Assembly: GCA_963575745.1 (NCBI GenBank)
Contig: CAUYUJ010000183.1
Span: 1 to 64,000 of the forward strand
From: Prorocentrum cordatum
Taxonomy: Eukaryota
Length of the DNA stretch: 64,000 nucleotides
Direction: 5' to 3'
The notes beneath the pieces are model-generated. The model was not told the DNA's origin, did no database searches, and was given only the letters and a program-made list of their open reading frames with translations. Below are positions 50,884 through 62,337 of the stretch, piece by piece. Numbering within the stretch: the first letter of the stretch is position 1; each line of letters begins with the position of its first letter. The position numbers and the translations under genes are program-made.

Positions 50884-51933
50884 ATGGCTCCTCGGAGGGT
50901 TGCTGCTGACGAACCGTGGATATGCAAGTCGTGTGTCCACTCTGTCACTGGCAAGCCGTGGTTCAATGCAAGAGGTACGTTGTACTGCAAGCAGTGTCAG
51001 CTTCATAAGTCGGTGGTGTTCAAAGAGTACAAACGAGGTAAGGTCCCTAGTGTCCATGCTGCGGGATCCAAGAGCCCCAGCCAAGTGGACAAAGGCCTCG
51101 CCGCTCGGTGTGCACAGCTCGAAGAACAGGTCAAGAGGCTCACCGCAGAGAAGGCTGAGCCATCACCTCCACCACCATGGGCGCAGTCACAGCCTGACGG
51201 AGCTGAAGAGAAACGCAAGCGCATCAAGGAGCTGGACTCCATCATGCGCCTGCTCTCCTCCGACAGGGATGCGACGGTGCTGGCCAATTATAAAAAGGAG
51301 AAGGAGACCTTGGAGCGGGAGCTGTTTGATGGACGCCCGATTGAGGACCAGGCTCGATCGCTGGCGGCGAAGCTCCAGCACGCGAGGTCCCACGAGTCCA
51401 GCGTGCGCAGGGCGGTCGAGGAGCAGAGAGCCAAGATCCTGGAGCTGCAGGGACACTTGGACAAGGCTGAGGCCAAGCTCGTGGAGGCGTCCGCTGAGGT
51501 GGTTAGGCTCGAGGAGGACACGCGCAAAGCCATGTCCCAGGCCCGCCCGCCAGAGCAGGAAAGGCCGCCCACGCTCCATGAGATGCTTCCTGGGTTCGCG
51601 GTGTCGGTGGAACAGTTGGGGCGTGTTGCCAGTACTCTGGGCTTGGGGCCTGATCTTACGGCAGGGCTACAAGCTATGGCGGAGACGGTCACCAAGCTGC
51701 AGCAGGCGCCGCAGGCAAAGCCACCCTCGCCCCATGCCCCAGAGCCCCCTGCACAAGAGCCTGAAGATGATGAAATTTCAGACATCGAGATGGGGGAGGA
51801 AGACATGCGGGCCACGCTCAATGCTGCAGGAATCCCTACGGACGAGAACGTCTCCGCCGAGGCAGTCACGGAGAGGTTCAAGAGGTTCCAGCCGACGTGC
51901 ATTGAGGCGTGCAAGAGGGCTCGCAAACAATAG
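50884..51933 (+). CDS. Retrotransposon ORF1 (349 aa): N-terminal C4 zinc finger, long coiled coil, acidic/basic tail
   Basis: GCCATGG start. W-I-C-K-S-C...W-F-N...Y-C-K-Q-C motif; heptad-rich E/K/L/A region (e.g. LELQGHLDKAEAKLVEASAEVVRLEE); C-terminal KRARK. Confidence 0.85.
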   Translation: MAPRRVAADEPWICKSCVHSVTGKPWFNARGTLYCKQCQLHKSVVFKEYKRGKVPSVHAAGSKSPSQVDKGLAARCAQLEEQVKRLTAEKAEPSPPPPWAQSQPDGAEEKRKRIKELDSIMRLLSSDRDATVLANYKKEKETLERELFDGRPIEDQARSLAAKLQHARSHESSVRRAVEEQRAKILELQGHLDKAEAKLVEASAEVVRLEEDTRKAMSQARPPEQERPPTLHEMLPGFAVSVEQLGRVASTLGLGPDLTAGLQAMAETVTKLQQAPQAKPPSPHAPEPPAQEPEDDEISDIEMGEEDMRATLNAAGIPTDENVSAEAVTERFKRFQPTCIEACKRARKQ

Positions 51934-51955
51934 ATTTGCCAGCATCGGGATTGGA

Positions 51956-54900
51956 ATGTTACTCAGTTCTGCAGCAGCAATGGCGGCAAGCAATGATGTG
52001 TCCCCTCGAAGCGGGGTATCAGCTTCACTCGCGACTCCAGGGAGGACTACGGCGTCGGCGGCGAGTACTACACCGCGGGCAAGTGTCTCCTGGGATGTGT
52101 CTGAGGTTATTGGCACGAGTCGGCTACCCCCAGGGAGGCTCACTCGGCTTGCCGAGCAGAGGCCTGAGGCGGAACCCCGTGCATCGTGTACGTCACGGGG
52201 GGCGGCTGCGTCTACGCCATCGGCGCATGTCTCTTGGGATGAGAATGGTATTGGCACGAGCTGGCTACCCTCAGCAATGCTCACTCGGCCTGCCGAGCAG
52301 AGTGCTGAGGTGGAACCCCGTGCATCGTGTACCCTGCAGAGTGCGGCTTCTGCTTCGCAGACGGGGTGTGCACCGATGACATTCTCAGCCCCAGGAGGTA
52401 CGCACTGCTCACCGTCCGTCGACAGCGGGCAAGCAGCAATGAGGACAACTGAGGGCGGAGAGTACCGACCGCGGGAGGCCAGGGGCCCCCACGGCACGCA
52501 CCACTCACCCTCTTCGCCTCGCTGTGAGCCTGCCCCGACATCGGACGGCAGAGGGTACCGACCTACTGGGGCCATGGTGGGATCAAACATGGACGGGGAG
52601 TACGACCCGTTCGAGTTTCTTGACGCAGATCGAGAAGCTGACGACCTCTTCCCCACTATTTGCCCGAACCCCTTGGAAATACGTCAGTCAGAACGCGATG
52701 AGGCTGCAAGTGCAGCCTCTTCATCTCCCTCCGCCCCCGCTGATGAACATTTGGATCTCGGACGTGGTAGCATGAGCGTCGGGTCCGATATATCTAAGAC
52801 GGGCGAGTTGGAGGGAAAATCTTCTTCACCCGCCATTGCGGGAACAATTATGTCGGTGAATGCAGGCTCCTTCGGGCCATTGTTCGACTTCCTGGCTGTT
52901 GCGAAGGCCAAGATCATCTGTGCACAGGAGACGAGGATTGTGGAGTCACGCCTCGGGGAGTTCCAGCACCGCGCCAAGGACCTCGGCCTCCACGGGATGT
53001 GGGCACCAGCCCTGGCGACCAACGCCAGGGGCCCGCAGGCCAATCACTGCGGGGTCGCCATACTGGTGCCCACGAACGTGATGATCACGAAGCCTCCTGA
53101 CGGCGACCCCATCATCTACCCAGGCAGAGTGGTTGCCAGCTTTGTCAATTGGGGCGTCCCTGGGGGGGGTGATTGTGGTCAGTGCATACTTGGTGACGAG
53201 CATTGGGCTGACGGGTGAAAACCTTTCCATTCTGTGGGCCATAGCGCAGAGAGTTGCGACCTGGAGCGCTGCGGGTTTCGATTGGATCTTAGCAGGTGAC
53301 TGGAATTCTGACATAGCAGCTCTGAATGCGAGGAGGTGGATTGAGTCTCTTGCTGGGTTGTCTTACACGCCAGCGTCGGCCACGTGCTGCAAGGAGGACG
53401 GCAAGTCTACGATCGATTACTTCATCGCGTGTGCAAATCTGTCGTCTAAGCTCGGGGCTGCAGTGGTGGAAGATATGTGCGGCACAATACCACCCCCGCA
53501 TTACCCAGTTAGTACCGACCTCCTGGGCAAAGATAGGCCAGCATGGTGTCTCGTGCCAGACGAGCCAAGGGCTTTCCCTGTTACTCCGCCATGTGGGTGC
53601 GCCAGGTTCCCGTACCCGTGGGAGGCAGTGGACCATGTTTTTCTGGAAGTCAAGGAGGTTACAGATTTGGCCCTGCTGTGGGACACAGTCCTGGACGGTA
53701 TCGACTTCGAGCTGGCAGGGAGGTATGACAAGGTTGACAAGGACGCGGCCCCTTTCGTCGGCAGGTCAGGCCCTCCACGTTTCAAGTGGAAGCTGCTGGC
53801 ATGGGAACCTCCGCGTCGGCGCACGCACCGCGAGCCCAAGGTCTATGCTTGGGCGACGGCCAAGAGATGGTGTCAGCATCTCAGGTCGGAGCGGGACCGA
53901 CTGGGCAGGTTTTGTCAACGGTTGCAGTTGGCTTCAGTGGTCTGCCAGCTAACGCCCCTGCAGCACGCCAAGGTGTTGCAGGCCTTCTACGAGGTGGACC
54001 AATATTGCCGCAGGATCGCCCGCGACAGGAAGACATGTCACTACCTTGATCAGGACACCGTAGACTTCCTGCTGCGGGGCCTGGGCATGATCGGCGATGC
54101 TGACTTCGACTCGGGCCTGGACAACATCACGAGGAAGGCCGATGAGGTGCTGAAGGCAGCGGGAGGGGCCTCGGAGAAGGCTTGGCGAGGCTGGGCCAAG
54201 CAGGCTTTCCTGGGTGGGGCCAGTCGGGCCCATGCAGCCTCCAAGGTGCGCGGCAAGCAGGAGCAGCTCAATTTCGACGTGAACGCTCAGCCGTACCTGC
54301 TGGCAAACCACACCCTTGACGCGTGGGAGGGCGCATGGCGGCATCACGACCTTTTGCCCCCAGGGCTGCCGCCAGGCCACGAGAGCTGGCCTGCTCTGCC
54401 CGAGCTCGACCACCAGCAGGCGCGGGCTGCCATTCGCAAGTTTTCGACGCGGACGGCAGCTGGGCCGAGCAGAATTTCACCCAGATGCCTGGACGCTCTG
54501 TCGGACCAAGCGCTCGAGCGCATGGCCAAGATGTTTATGTTTTTCGGTCAGTGGCTGTCCTGGCCTCCTGAGCGGGTTTACAGTGAAATGGTTCGCTTAC
54601 CCAAACCTGACGGGGACACACGATTGATTGTTCTATCTCACGCTTTGGTGCGTATCTGGGGCAAGCTCAGGATACCAGTCTCGGCAGCGTGGCAGGCTGG
54701 CTACCAGCGCGACCAGATGTGGGGCACGAGAGCGGGCCACACGTCGACGGACTCGGCGTTTGATCATAATATTCAGCAGGAGGTTGCGCAGTTGTTGGGG
54801 GAACAGACATGTACGATCTTGCTTGATATGAGCAAGTGTTACGACATGGTGGACCCACATGCGTTGCTCCGAGAAGGCCAGGCTCTGGGGTTTCCACTAC

Positions 54901-57623
54901 GTCTGCTGTGGCTCCTCATTCAGAGCTACCAACAGCCCCGTCGTATAAGGGCCTTTGGGAGTGTATCCAGAGGGTTTCGGTCCTTCCAGGGGATCTTAGC
55001 TGGGTGTACTCACGCTACGTACGTCTTGTACTTGCTTACCTATAGGTCGGTGCATAGGGTCTCGAAGGTCTCCCCCACGGTGACCCCGAGGACGCTCATG
55101 GACGACATTGGGCTCCAACGTACCTCCCAGGACCCCACGGAGGCCAAGTACCTTGCGCTGGCGGCGAGGGGGTTCATCCAGGACTCCAAGGGCCTCGGCA
55201 TGATCTTGAAGGCTTCCAAGTCTGGGGCTGTTGTTGGTTCTCGGAAGTTCTGGAAGGGGGTGCAGCGCCACATGGGCTCCATGAAGATCCCGTACAAAGG
55301 CCACATGAGGAACCTAGGTCACGAGCTCACGGGGCCCAAGGTGATTCGAGGCATGGAAAAGAAGCGTCTCAAACAGCTCAGGGAGAGGGAGGCGAGGTTT
55401 TCCATGCTGAAGTCTGCTGTCGGCAAGGTCGCGACGGCTCTGTGGCGCACAGGCGCCCTCCCATCAGTGGCGCACGGTGCTGCAGTTGCTGGAGTAAGCG
55501 ACGTTGCACTTCGAGAGTTGCGTCTTTTCGCCGCCGTCTTGAACGGCGCGCCAGGTAAATTTAATACTGGTGTGACCGCCTACTTGGTTAGCCACAAGAG
55601 CGATTTCTACGATCCTATTTACCACGCCACTCTAGCCATTGTCATCAAGTTTGCGGAGTGGGTCTGGGACAGGAGAATACCCGACAGTCGTTTACATAGG
55701 GCTTGGGAGGCTCTTCGAGATAAGATTGGCACACTGTCTTGGGCAAATACTCGAGGCCCGATCGGGGCCTGTTGGCTGACCTTACGACGTATTGGGTGGA
55801 ATCTAGTATCTAGCCATATGGTGGCTGATGATGTAGGCAACGTTTTCGATCTGCGAGTTATGTGCCCTGCCGACCTGAAGGTCTTCCCCACTCAGGGGAT
55901 CCAGCGTTGGCAGGACGAGCGGCTGCTCAAGCATTTTTATACTGCTGAGCCTGGCGAGCAGATGTGGCACCGAGGCTTACGTAACTCGGTGAAGAGCATC
56001 AAGTGCGTTCGTAGACTCGGGGCCCTCCAAGCGCACTGGTCGGGAAACCTCCCCATCCCTCAGCTCCAAGATGCCCGCCATAAGGTACCAATCAGGCCGT
56101 GTGCTGCTTGTGGGGCCCAGTCTCAGGGTATTTGGGGCCACGTGCTCTACGACTGCCCCGAGCTGCTCAAGCAGCGCGAGGACTTCTTGGACATCTCAGA
56201 GGACTTGGAGGCAACCAGAGGCATGCTCCTGAAGGGGGGCGAATGGTATGATGGGCGTCTGGCTTGGGACTCCAGTTATCTGGTCTTCGGGGTCCCTGCT
56301 CCTCCTGTGGGTATTCCTGGGCTCGACACTATAAGCACAGAAGTTCTTCTTTGGGGCGATACCGACGGGCCTTGGGGCCCCAAGAGCTACACCGACGGCT
56401 CGGGCCTCGCATCCAGCGTTCCAGAGACTAGGCGGTGTGGGTATTCATGCATCCAGCTGGACCCCAAGACTCTTTTGCCTGTCCGTGCTGTGTACGGACC
56501 CCTGCCCTTCTATGTGCAGACTGTTGGCCGTGCTGAGAGATATGCGATCAAAATGGGTTTGGAATTTCATCCAGATCACGAGCTGTTTGTGTCTGACCTC
56601 CTGGGACTGGTTACCGAGGGCAACTCCTGGGACCAATCCCTCCAGCACGGCCGAGGCAAGCACGCCAGGATATGGCGAGAGATTTTTCAGGCTGCGCAGC
56701 GTCGGGTACTTGAGTACCCTGTTCGTTTTGAGTGGACTCCTGCACACCGTGACATCGACAGTGTGCTGGAGAATCCTGAAGAGGTGGATAACTGGCTCGG
56801 CAATGCCTGGGCTGACTATTTCGCCAAGGCGGGTGCGGCGCACCACATGATCGCCAACACGGTTCCCCAGTCGCTCTCGGAGGCCCTGAAGGTCCATAAG
56901 GCCACGTTGCAGTTTGTGTCTTGGGCGTGCTTACGGGTTATCGTCTCGGAGAGCTGGGGCCGAGGTCCCCCACCACCTGTCCAGGATCCTGAGGCTCGTG
57001 AAATCCTGGGGCAGCCAGTCGTATTCGGACGGGGTTCTGACCATGAGCTTTGGTGGTGCAAGAGGCTCAACGAGCACAGGTGCAGGAGTTGCGGGAGATC
57101 GGCTCGATCGGACTCGACCCTAGCGTGGCTTAGGACGGGGTCGGGAAGGAGATGTGAGCCCTCTAGCCTCCAGAGGGTAGCCTGTGCGGAATGGTTTAAG
57201 AATTCGGTGGAGGTCTGGGTCAAAGTGTCGGACCCCCGCGTCGCCCCGTCGCAGGTGATTGTCGCGGAGTTTCTTGGGGAAGGGCCTTCAGAGGCCTCGG
57301 AGGGTCCCCTTCCTGGGCCCACGGACCCTCCCCAGGAGCCTGCCGTAGGCGAGGTTTCAAACAGTTCGGGGTCGAACGAGTTCATTGCCGAACTTGCGGC
57401 ATTGGGCCATGACGTTTTTCGTGTGAATTCAGTCTACTGCTGCCGCAGGTGTGCGGGCACGACGACCCTCGAGACGTCACGGAGCGTTCGGAAGCTCCGT
57501 CGTCCCTGTGCTGGGCTCTCAGAGAATCCGAGCACGAGGGCTAATCAGCTGGGGTTGATCGACAGGATCTTCCACGGCCGACCAGGGCGCCCCAAGCGCC
57601 CCGAGGGCAAGGCGCAGACGTAA
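51956..57623 (+). CDS. Retrotransposon ORF2 (APE endonuclease, reverse transcriptase, CCHC zinc finger, RNase H, C-terminal Cys/His motifs), split by one extra G at 53162-53169
   Basis: APE: IMSVNAG, ICAQETR, GVAILV, AGDWN, TIDYFI, PHYPV. RT: LPKPDGDTRLIVL, LLDMSKCYDMV, GILAGC, LMDD, RNLG. Zinc finger CAAC..H...C. RNase H: YTDGS, RAE, FVSD, PAH, GNAWADYFAK. Start uncertain (51956 or 52850). Confidence 0.9.
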
Positions 57624-57784
57624 CGTGTCTCGCCCTCCTGGGAGCGGTTTTGTGGCGTCGGTTTTCCCTGGCCCCCGCCTGCCCTCCCAGTTCATAATAC
57701 TTCCGCCGCGTTGCGGCCCTCAGGGTCCCATCTGTTCCTGAGGCGTGTTCGGATCGGACGCGCTCTCGGTGGCCCTCACCCTCA

Positions 57785-57801
57785 CCCGGCAAGGGAAAGT
57801 C
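57785..57801 (+). repeat. 3' target-site duplication of the SL-capped LINE
   Basis: CCCGGCAAGGGAAAGTC, 161 nt after the ORF2 stop. Confidence 0.9.
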
Positions 57802-58379
57802 GGCTTCAGGACAATGCGCAGATGCACGCTGGAGTCGGATGTACCCTCACAGCGCGTCTCCAACGCTCCCAGCGTCTCCTCGGACGACGAAGACGAAGCG
57901 CAGAGCAGTTCCCGTTTGGGAAGAATTCAGGACGTCGCATGTATGGGGGAGCCAGGTGTCGACCAGGGCCAGGACGAACACACATCCCTTGAAGGGCGCT
58001 CCGGATCGCTCTGCAGGGTATTCCGGAGCGCTCTGAGAAGGCCGCGGCGCCCGAAGCGTTCTCCAGAGCCGCCGGATCTCAGAGATTCCCGATGCGCCCT
58101 CGCCCAAAGTTATCCTCGTCCTGGCTCCGTCGTACAGTGGGGCCGGCCGGGCTCCGTGACGGGGCCCTGGCCGAGCCTGGCTCGGGCATGCCCGGGCTCG
58201 TGCGTGCCCAAGGCGTTCCCTGGTCGTGGCCTCTCGTCCGCTCGAGACCGCTCAGAAGTGTTGGTCGAGGCGGGTGGGGGCGGTGGGTCGCGCCGCATCG
58301 CTGACGCATCGGCGGTCGGGCTCGACTCGGAGCCCGATTCTCCCCATCCCGACTTCGGCGACGCGGCGCGATGCTCCGA

Positions 58380-58557
58380 CCCCAGACATGCGACGTCCTG
58401 ATTTCTCCACGACGGCGTCCCTGGAAGTCGGGACCGCTTTTTCGTCCTGAATCGTTGCTTGACGGTCCCGAGGCCCGGCGAGGGCCCCCCCCTGGGTCGA
58501 ACATAGCTCAAAACCTCCCGTCTTGATTTTTTACGACGCGAATAATTATGTCTGAGT
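58380..58557 (-). mobile_element. MITE family A copy
   Basis: CCCCAGACATGCGACGTCCTG...TATGTCTGAGT. Confidence 0.75.
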
Positions 58558-58989
58558 CCCAAACCCGGGTTAGCCAGAAGGGATCAGCGGACCACCGTGA
58601 ACAGACCCCCGTGGCACGTGAGCCCCGAAGCATACCGATCCTGGCGGCGCGTCCCTCCACAGGCGAGCCCAGCCGCGGCGGCGAGGGAACCCACCTCCTC
58701 TCCCAAGGGGGGTGGGCACACGAATGAGCCTTCATCCTCGCCTCCACCCCTTCCCCTCCTACCTCCCCCCCCTCCCCCTCGCCCCGCAATTCAGGATAAG
58801 AGTGAGGGGGCGGGCGCGGGCGACGCGGGCGTCGAGCCGGCGGAACTCGTGGCCCTCACCTTCCCTGTCGATGGCGCTCTCCTCCTGCTGCTCCTCCTCC
58901 TCCTCCACCTGCTCGTCCTCCTCCTCCGCGTCCTCGTCCTCATCGTCGTCGTCGTCGTGCTTTGACAAATTCAGCGCGGGGGGGATCGC

Positions 58990-59600
58990 TGGTGGGCCAC
59001 CCGGAACGAATGCAAAAACAGCCCGCCGCAGGCGCCGAATTTTTGGCTTGTTCAGTGAACGTAGTTTTGGTTCGCGGGTGGGTCGCGGGCTCTCCACCTC
59101 CACCTGGAATCTATTCAAAAGCAGCCCGCCGCAGGCGCCGAAAATTTAGATTTGCACACTGTACGCGGTTTGGGTCGCAGATTCTCCACCTGGAACGAAT
59201 GCAAAAGAAACCCGCCGCAGGCGCCGAAATGTTGACTTGTTCAGTGAACGTAGTTTTGGTTCGCGGGTGGGTTGCGGGCTTTCCACCTCCACCTGGAAGG
59301 AATTCAAAAACAGCCCACCACAGGCGCCGAAAATTTTGATTTGTACACTGAACGCGGTTTGGGTCGCGGGTGGGTCGCAGGTTCTCCACCTGGAACGAAT
59401 GCAAAAGAAGCCCGCCGCAGGCGTCGAAAATTTTGGGTGGATCGCGGGGTGGGTCGCGGGCGCGTTTGGGGTCGCGGGTGGGTCGCAGGTTCTCCACCTG
59501 GAACGAATGCAAAAGAGACTCGCCGCAGGCGCCGAAAATTTTGGGTGGGTCGCGGGGTGGGTCGCGGGTGGGTCGCAGGGCGGGTCGCGGGTGGGACGAC
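58990..59600 (+). repeat. Degenerate tandem array (CCACCTGGAACGAATGCAAAA...GCCGCAGGCGCCGAAAATTTT...GGGTCGCGGGTGGGTCGC)
   Basis: About 6 units of ~90-125 bp. Confidence 0.8.
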
Positions 59601-59756
59601 AACAACAACAACAACCACCAACAACAACAACAGCAACACGAATCCGCATCGCGGAATTCCACTTCAGCCATGCACCCAGGGACAGTGAATGACCGTTCGG
59701 TTCAGCCCCCTTCACTCTGACAATGTATTACTACCATGCGTTATCATCATTGATAT

Positions 59757-59817
<61 letters not shown>

Positions 59818-59818
59818 T

Positions 59819-59890
<72 letters not shown>

Positions 59891-59892
59891 TA
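59757..59892. repeat. (AGT)n microsatellite grading into AT-rich degenerate sequence
   Basis: Direct reading. Confidence 0.95.
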
Positions 59893-61093
59893 AGTAATAG
59901 TATTATGAATATTGCTATTCGGATTCATGCTAGTATTACATGTACTATTATTGTTATTATTATTGTATGAATATTATTCTTAGTATAGTACTGTTTTTAT
60001 TGGTGCTATTACTGTTCGTACGATTACTATTCGTTTTATTTTGGATAATTGGAGTCATCCCCCAATGTTGCTTAGTATGCTTGTTTATTACTCTTATGCT
60101 CATGGATAGTAAGGGTATTCGTCTTATTGTCATGACTGAGTTTGTTTTATCTTTGTTGATATAATGCTTATGCCACTTATGGTTATTAGTATTATTATTT
60201 GTCATCGCATGTTGCTTCTCATGATTATTGATATTTCTCTTCTGCTTCATACTTTTTCGTTCCCCCGCCCCGGGGGGAGGCCCGCGGGGGCGGTGGGCGA
60301 GGGAGGGGCCTCGGCATCAGAGGGCCTCCAGCACCAGACCCCCGACGTCATGATTTGTCATGTCTCCCCCCAGGGCTCTCGCCCCATTCCCCAACAGCTG
60401 GCAGCTTGCCCCGAGAGTGGCCCGAGGGGCCCCCAAGAACCCTCATCCCCCTCTTCCTCCTTGTTATCCTCCTCCTCCTCCTCCTCCTCCTCCTCCTCCT
60501 CCTCCTCCTCCTCTTCCTCGTCCCCGTTGTTCCCTTCTCCTGCTCCTCCTCACCCAGCCCGCTCTCCTCCTCTCCCCAGACCCCGGACGCCATGACTTCA
60601 TACTTAATTGGGCTGACCTGGCCCCCGGAAAACTTGCACGAGACTGCGGCTTGCTTTTAACATGTGGAAGATGCGCATCGAGCGCGCCATTTCACGTCGC
60701 AGCGCCAGGGGGGGGGGCATGATGCTCGCTTTTGCGCGGGCGCGACTGCGAATCTGACGACGACGACAACGACGACGACGGCAACGGCGACGAGGAGGAG
60801 GAGGACGACGACGACGACAACAAGAACAACAACACTCATTTCAAGACTGTTCGCTCTTATCTACTCGAGTGCCCGTTAACGCGTATTTCCCAAACCCTCG
60901 ATGCCCGCCCTCTTCGTCTTCGATCGTACCCCTTTGGGGGGTTATACCTTTCTTCCCTGCAGGCCGGGCCCCGGCAAGCGGCGGAGCGGCCGCGGACCGT
61001 CGGCCTGGCCAGCGGCAGCGCTGATCGGTGGCAACCCGACCCCAAGAGGGACGGACAGGGGACCGACCACGACGACGACGACGACGTCGACGA

Positions 61094-61124
<31 letters not shown>

Positions 61125-61169
61125 AACGACGACGACAACGAGCCAAAGCAAGAGCGAGAGAGAGAACGA

Positions 61170-62337
61170 CAGCAGGGCCACGAAGGGCACGAAGTAGGCC
61201 ACGAAGGGCAATAGCGGGGACACGAAGGGAATGCGTATGGGGCCGCGAAGAGCGCGAACGAGCGGGGGCCATGAAGGGCAGATCATGCGGGGCCACAAAG
61301 AGCAAGGACGGGGCCACTGATGGTAGCAACTGGGCCACGTAGGACAGCGAGGGGGCCACAAAGGGCGACAGCGGGGCCACGAAGGGCATGCATATGGGGC
61401 GACGACGGGCGCGAACGAGTGGGGGCCACGAAGGGCACACGTATATTGGGCCGCGAAGGGCAAAGAGGTGGCCACTGAGGGCAGCAACGGGGCCACGAAA
61501 GGCAGCGAGGGGGCCACAAAGGGCGAACCCGGGGCCACGAAGAGCATGCTTCTGGGGCCACGACGGGAGCGAACGAGCGGGGGCGACGAAGGGCATACAT
61601 AAATGGGGCCACGAAACAAAGCGAGGGAGCCACGAAGGGCTTCAACGGGGCCACGAAACAAAGCGAGGGGGCCACGAAGGACTGCAACGGGGCCACGAAA
61701 CAAAGCGAGGGGGCCACGAAGGGCTGCAACGGGGCCGCGAAGGGCAGCGAGGGGGCCACGAGGGGCTGCAACGGGGCCACGAAACAAAGCGAGGGGGCCA
61801 CGGAGGGCTGCAACGCGGCCACGAAGGGCAGCGAGGGGGCCACGAAGGGCTGCAACGCGGCCACGAAACACAGCGAGGGGGCCACGAAGGGCTGCAACGG
61901 GGCCACACAGGGCAGCGAGGGGGCCACGAAGGGCTGCAACGGGGCCACGAAACAAAGCGAGGAGGCCACGGAGGGCTGCAACGGGGCCACGAAACAACGC
62001 GAGGGGGCCACGAAGGGCTGCAACGCGGCCGCGAAGGGCAGCGAGGGGGCCACGAGGGGCTGCAACGGGGCCACGAAACAAAGCGAGGGGGCCACGAAGG
62101 GCTGCAACGCGGCCACGAAACAAAGCGAGGGGGGCCACGAAGGGCTGCAACGCGGCCACGAAACACAGCGAGGGGGCCACGAAAGGCTGCAACGGGGCCA
62201 CGAAGGGCAGCGAGGGGGCCACGAAGGGCTGCAACGGGGCCATGAAACACAGCGAGGGGGCCACGAAGGGCTGCAACGGGTCCACGAAGGGCAGCGAGGA
62301 GGCCACGAATGGCTGCAACGGGGCCACGAAGGGCAGG
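61170..62337 (+). repeat. 21-bp monomer / 42-bp dimer tandem array (GGGGCCACGAAGGGCTGCAAC / GGGGCCACGAAACAAAGCGAG)
   Basis: Direct reading; dozens of monomers. Confidence 0.95.

Larger units (their letters stand above)
50695..57784 (+). mobile_element. Full-length non-LTR retrotransposon capped by a dinoflagellate spliced leader (ORF1 + APE-RT-RNase H ORF2)
   Basis: SL at the 5' junction, two ORFs, TSDs at both ends, 3' tail CCCTCACCCTCA. Confidence 0.93.

Noticed and set aside
53133..53170. ORF-track start of the 1496-aa ORF
   Set aside because: The N-terminal APE motifs lie upstream in another frame, so this start is a by-product of the G-run frameshift.
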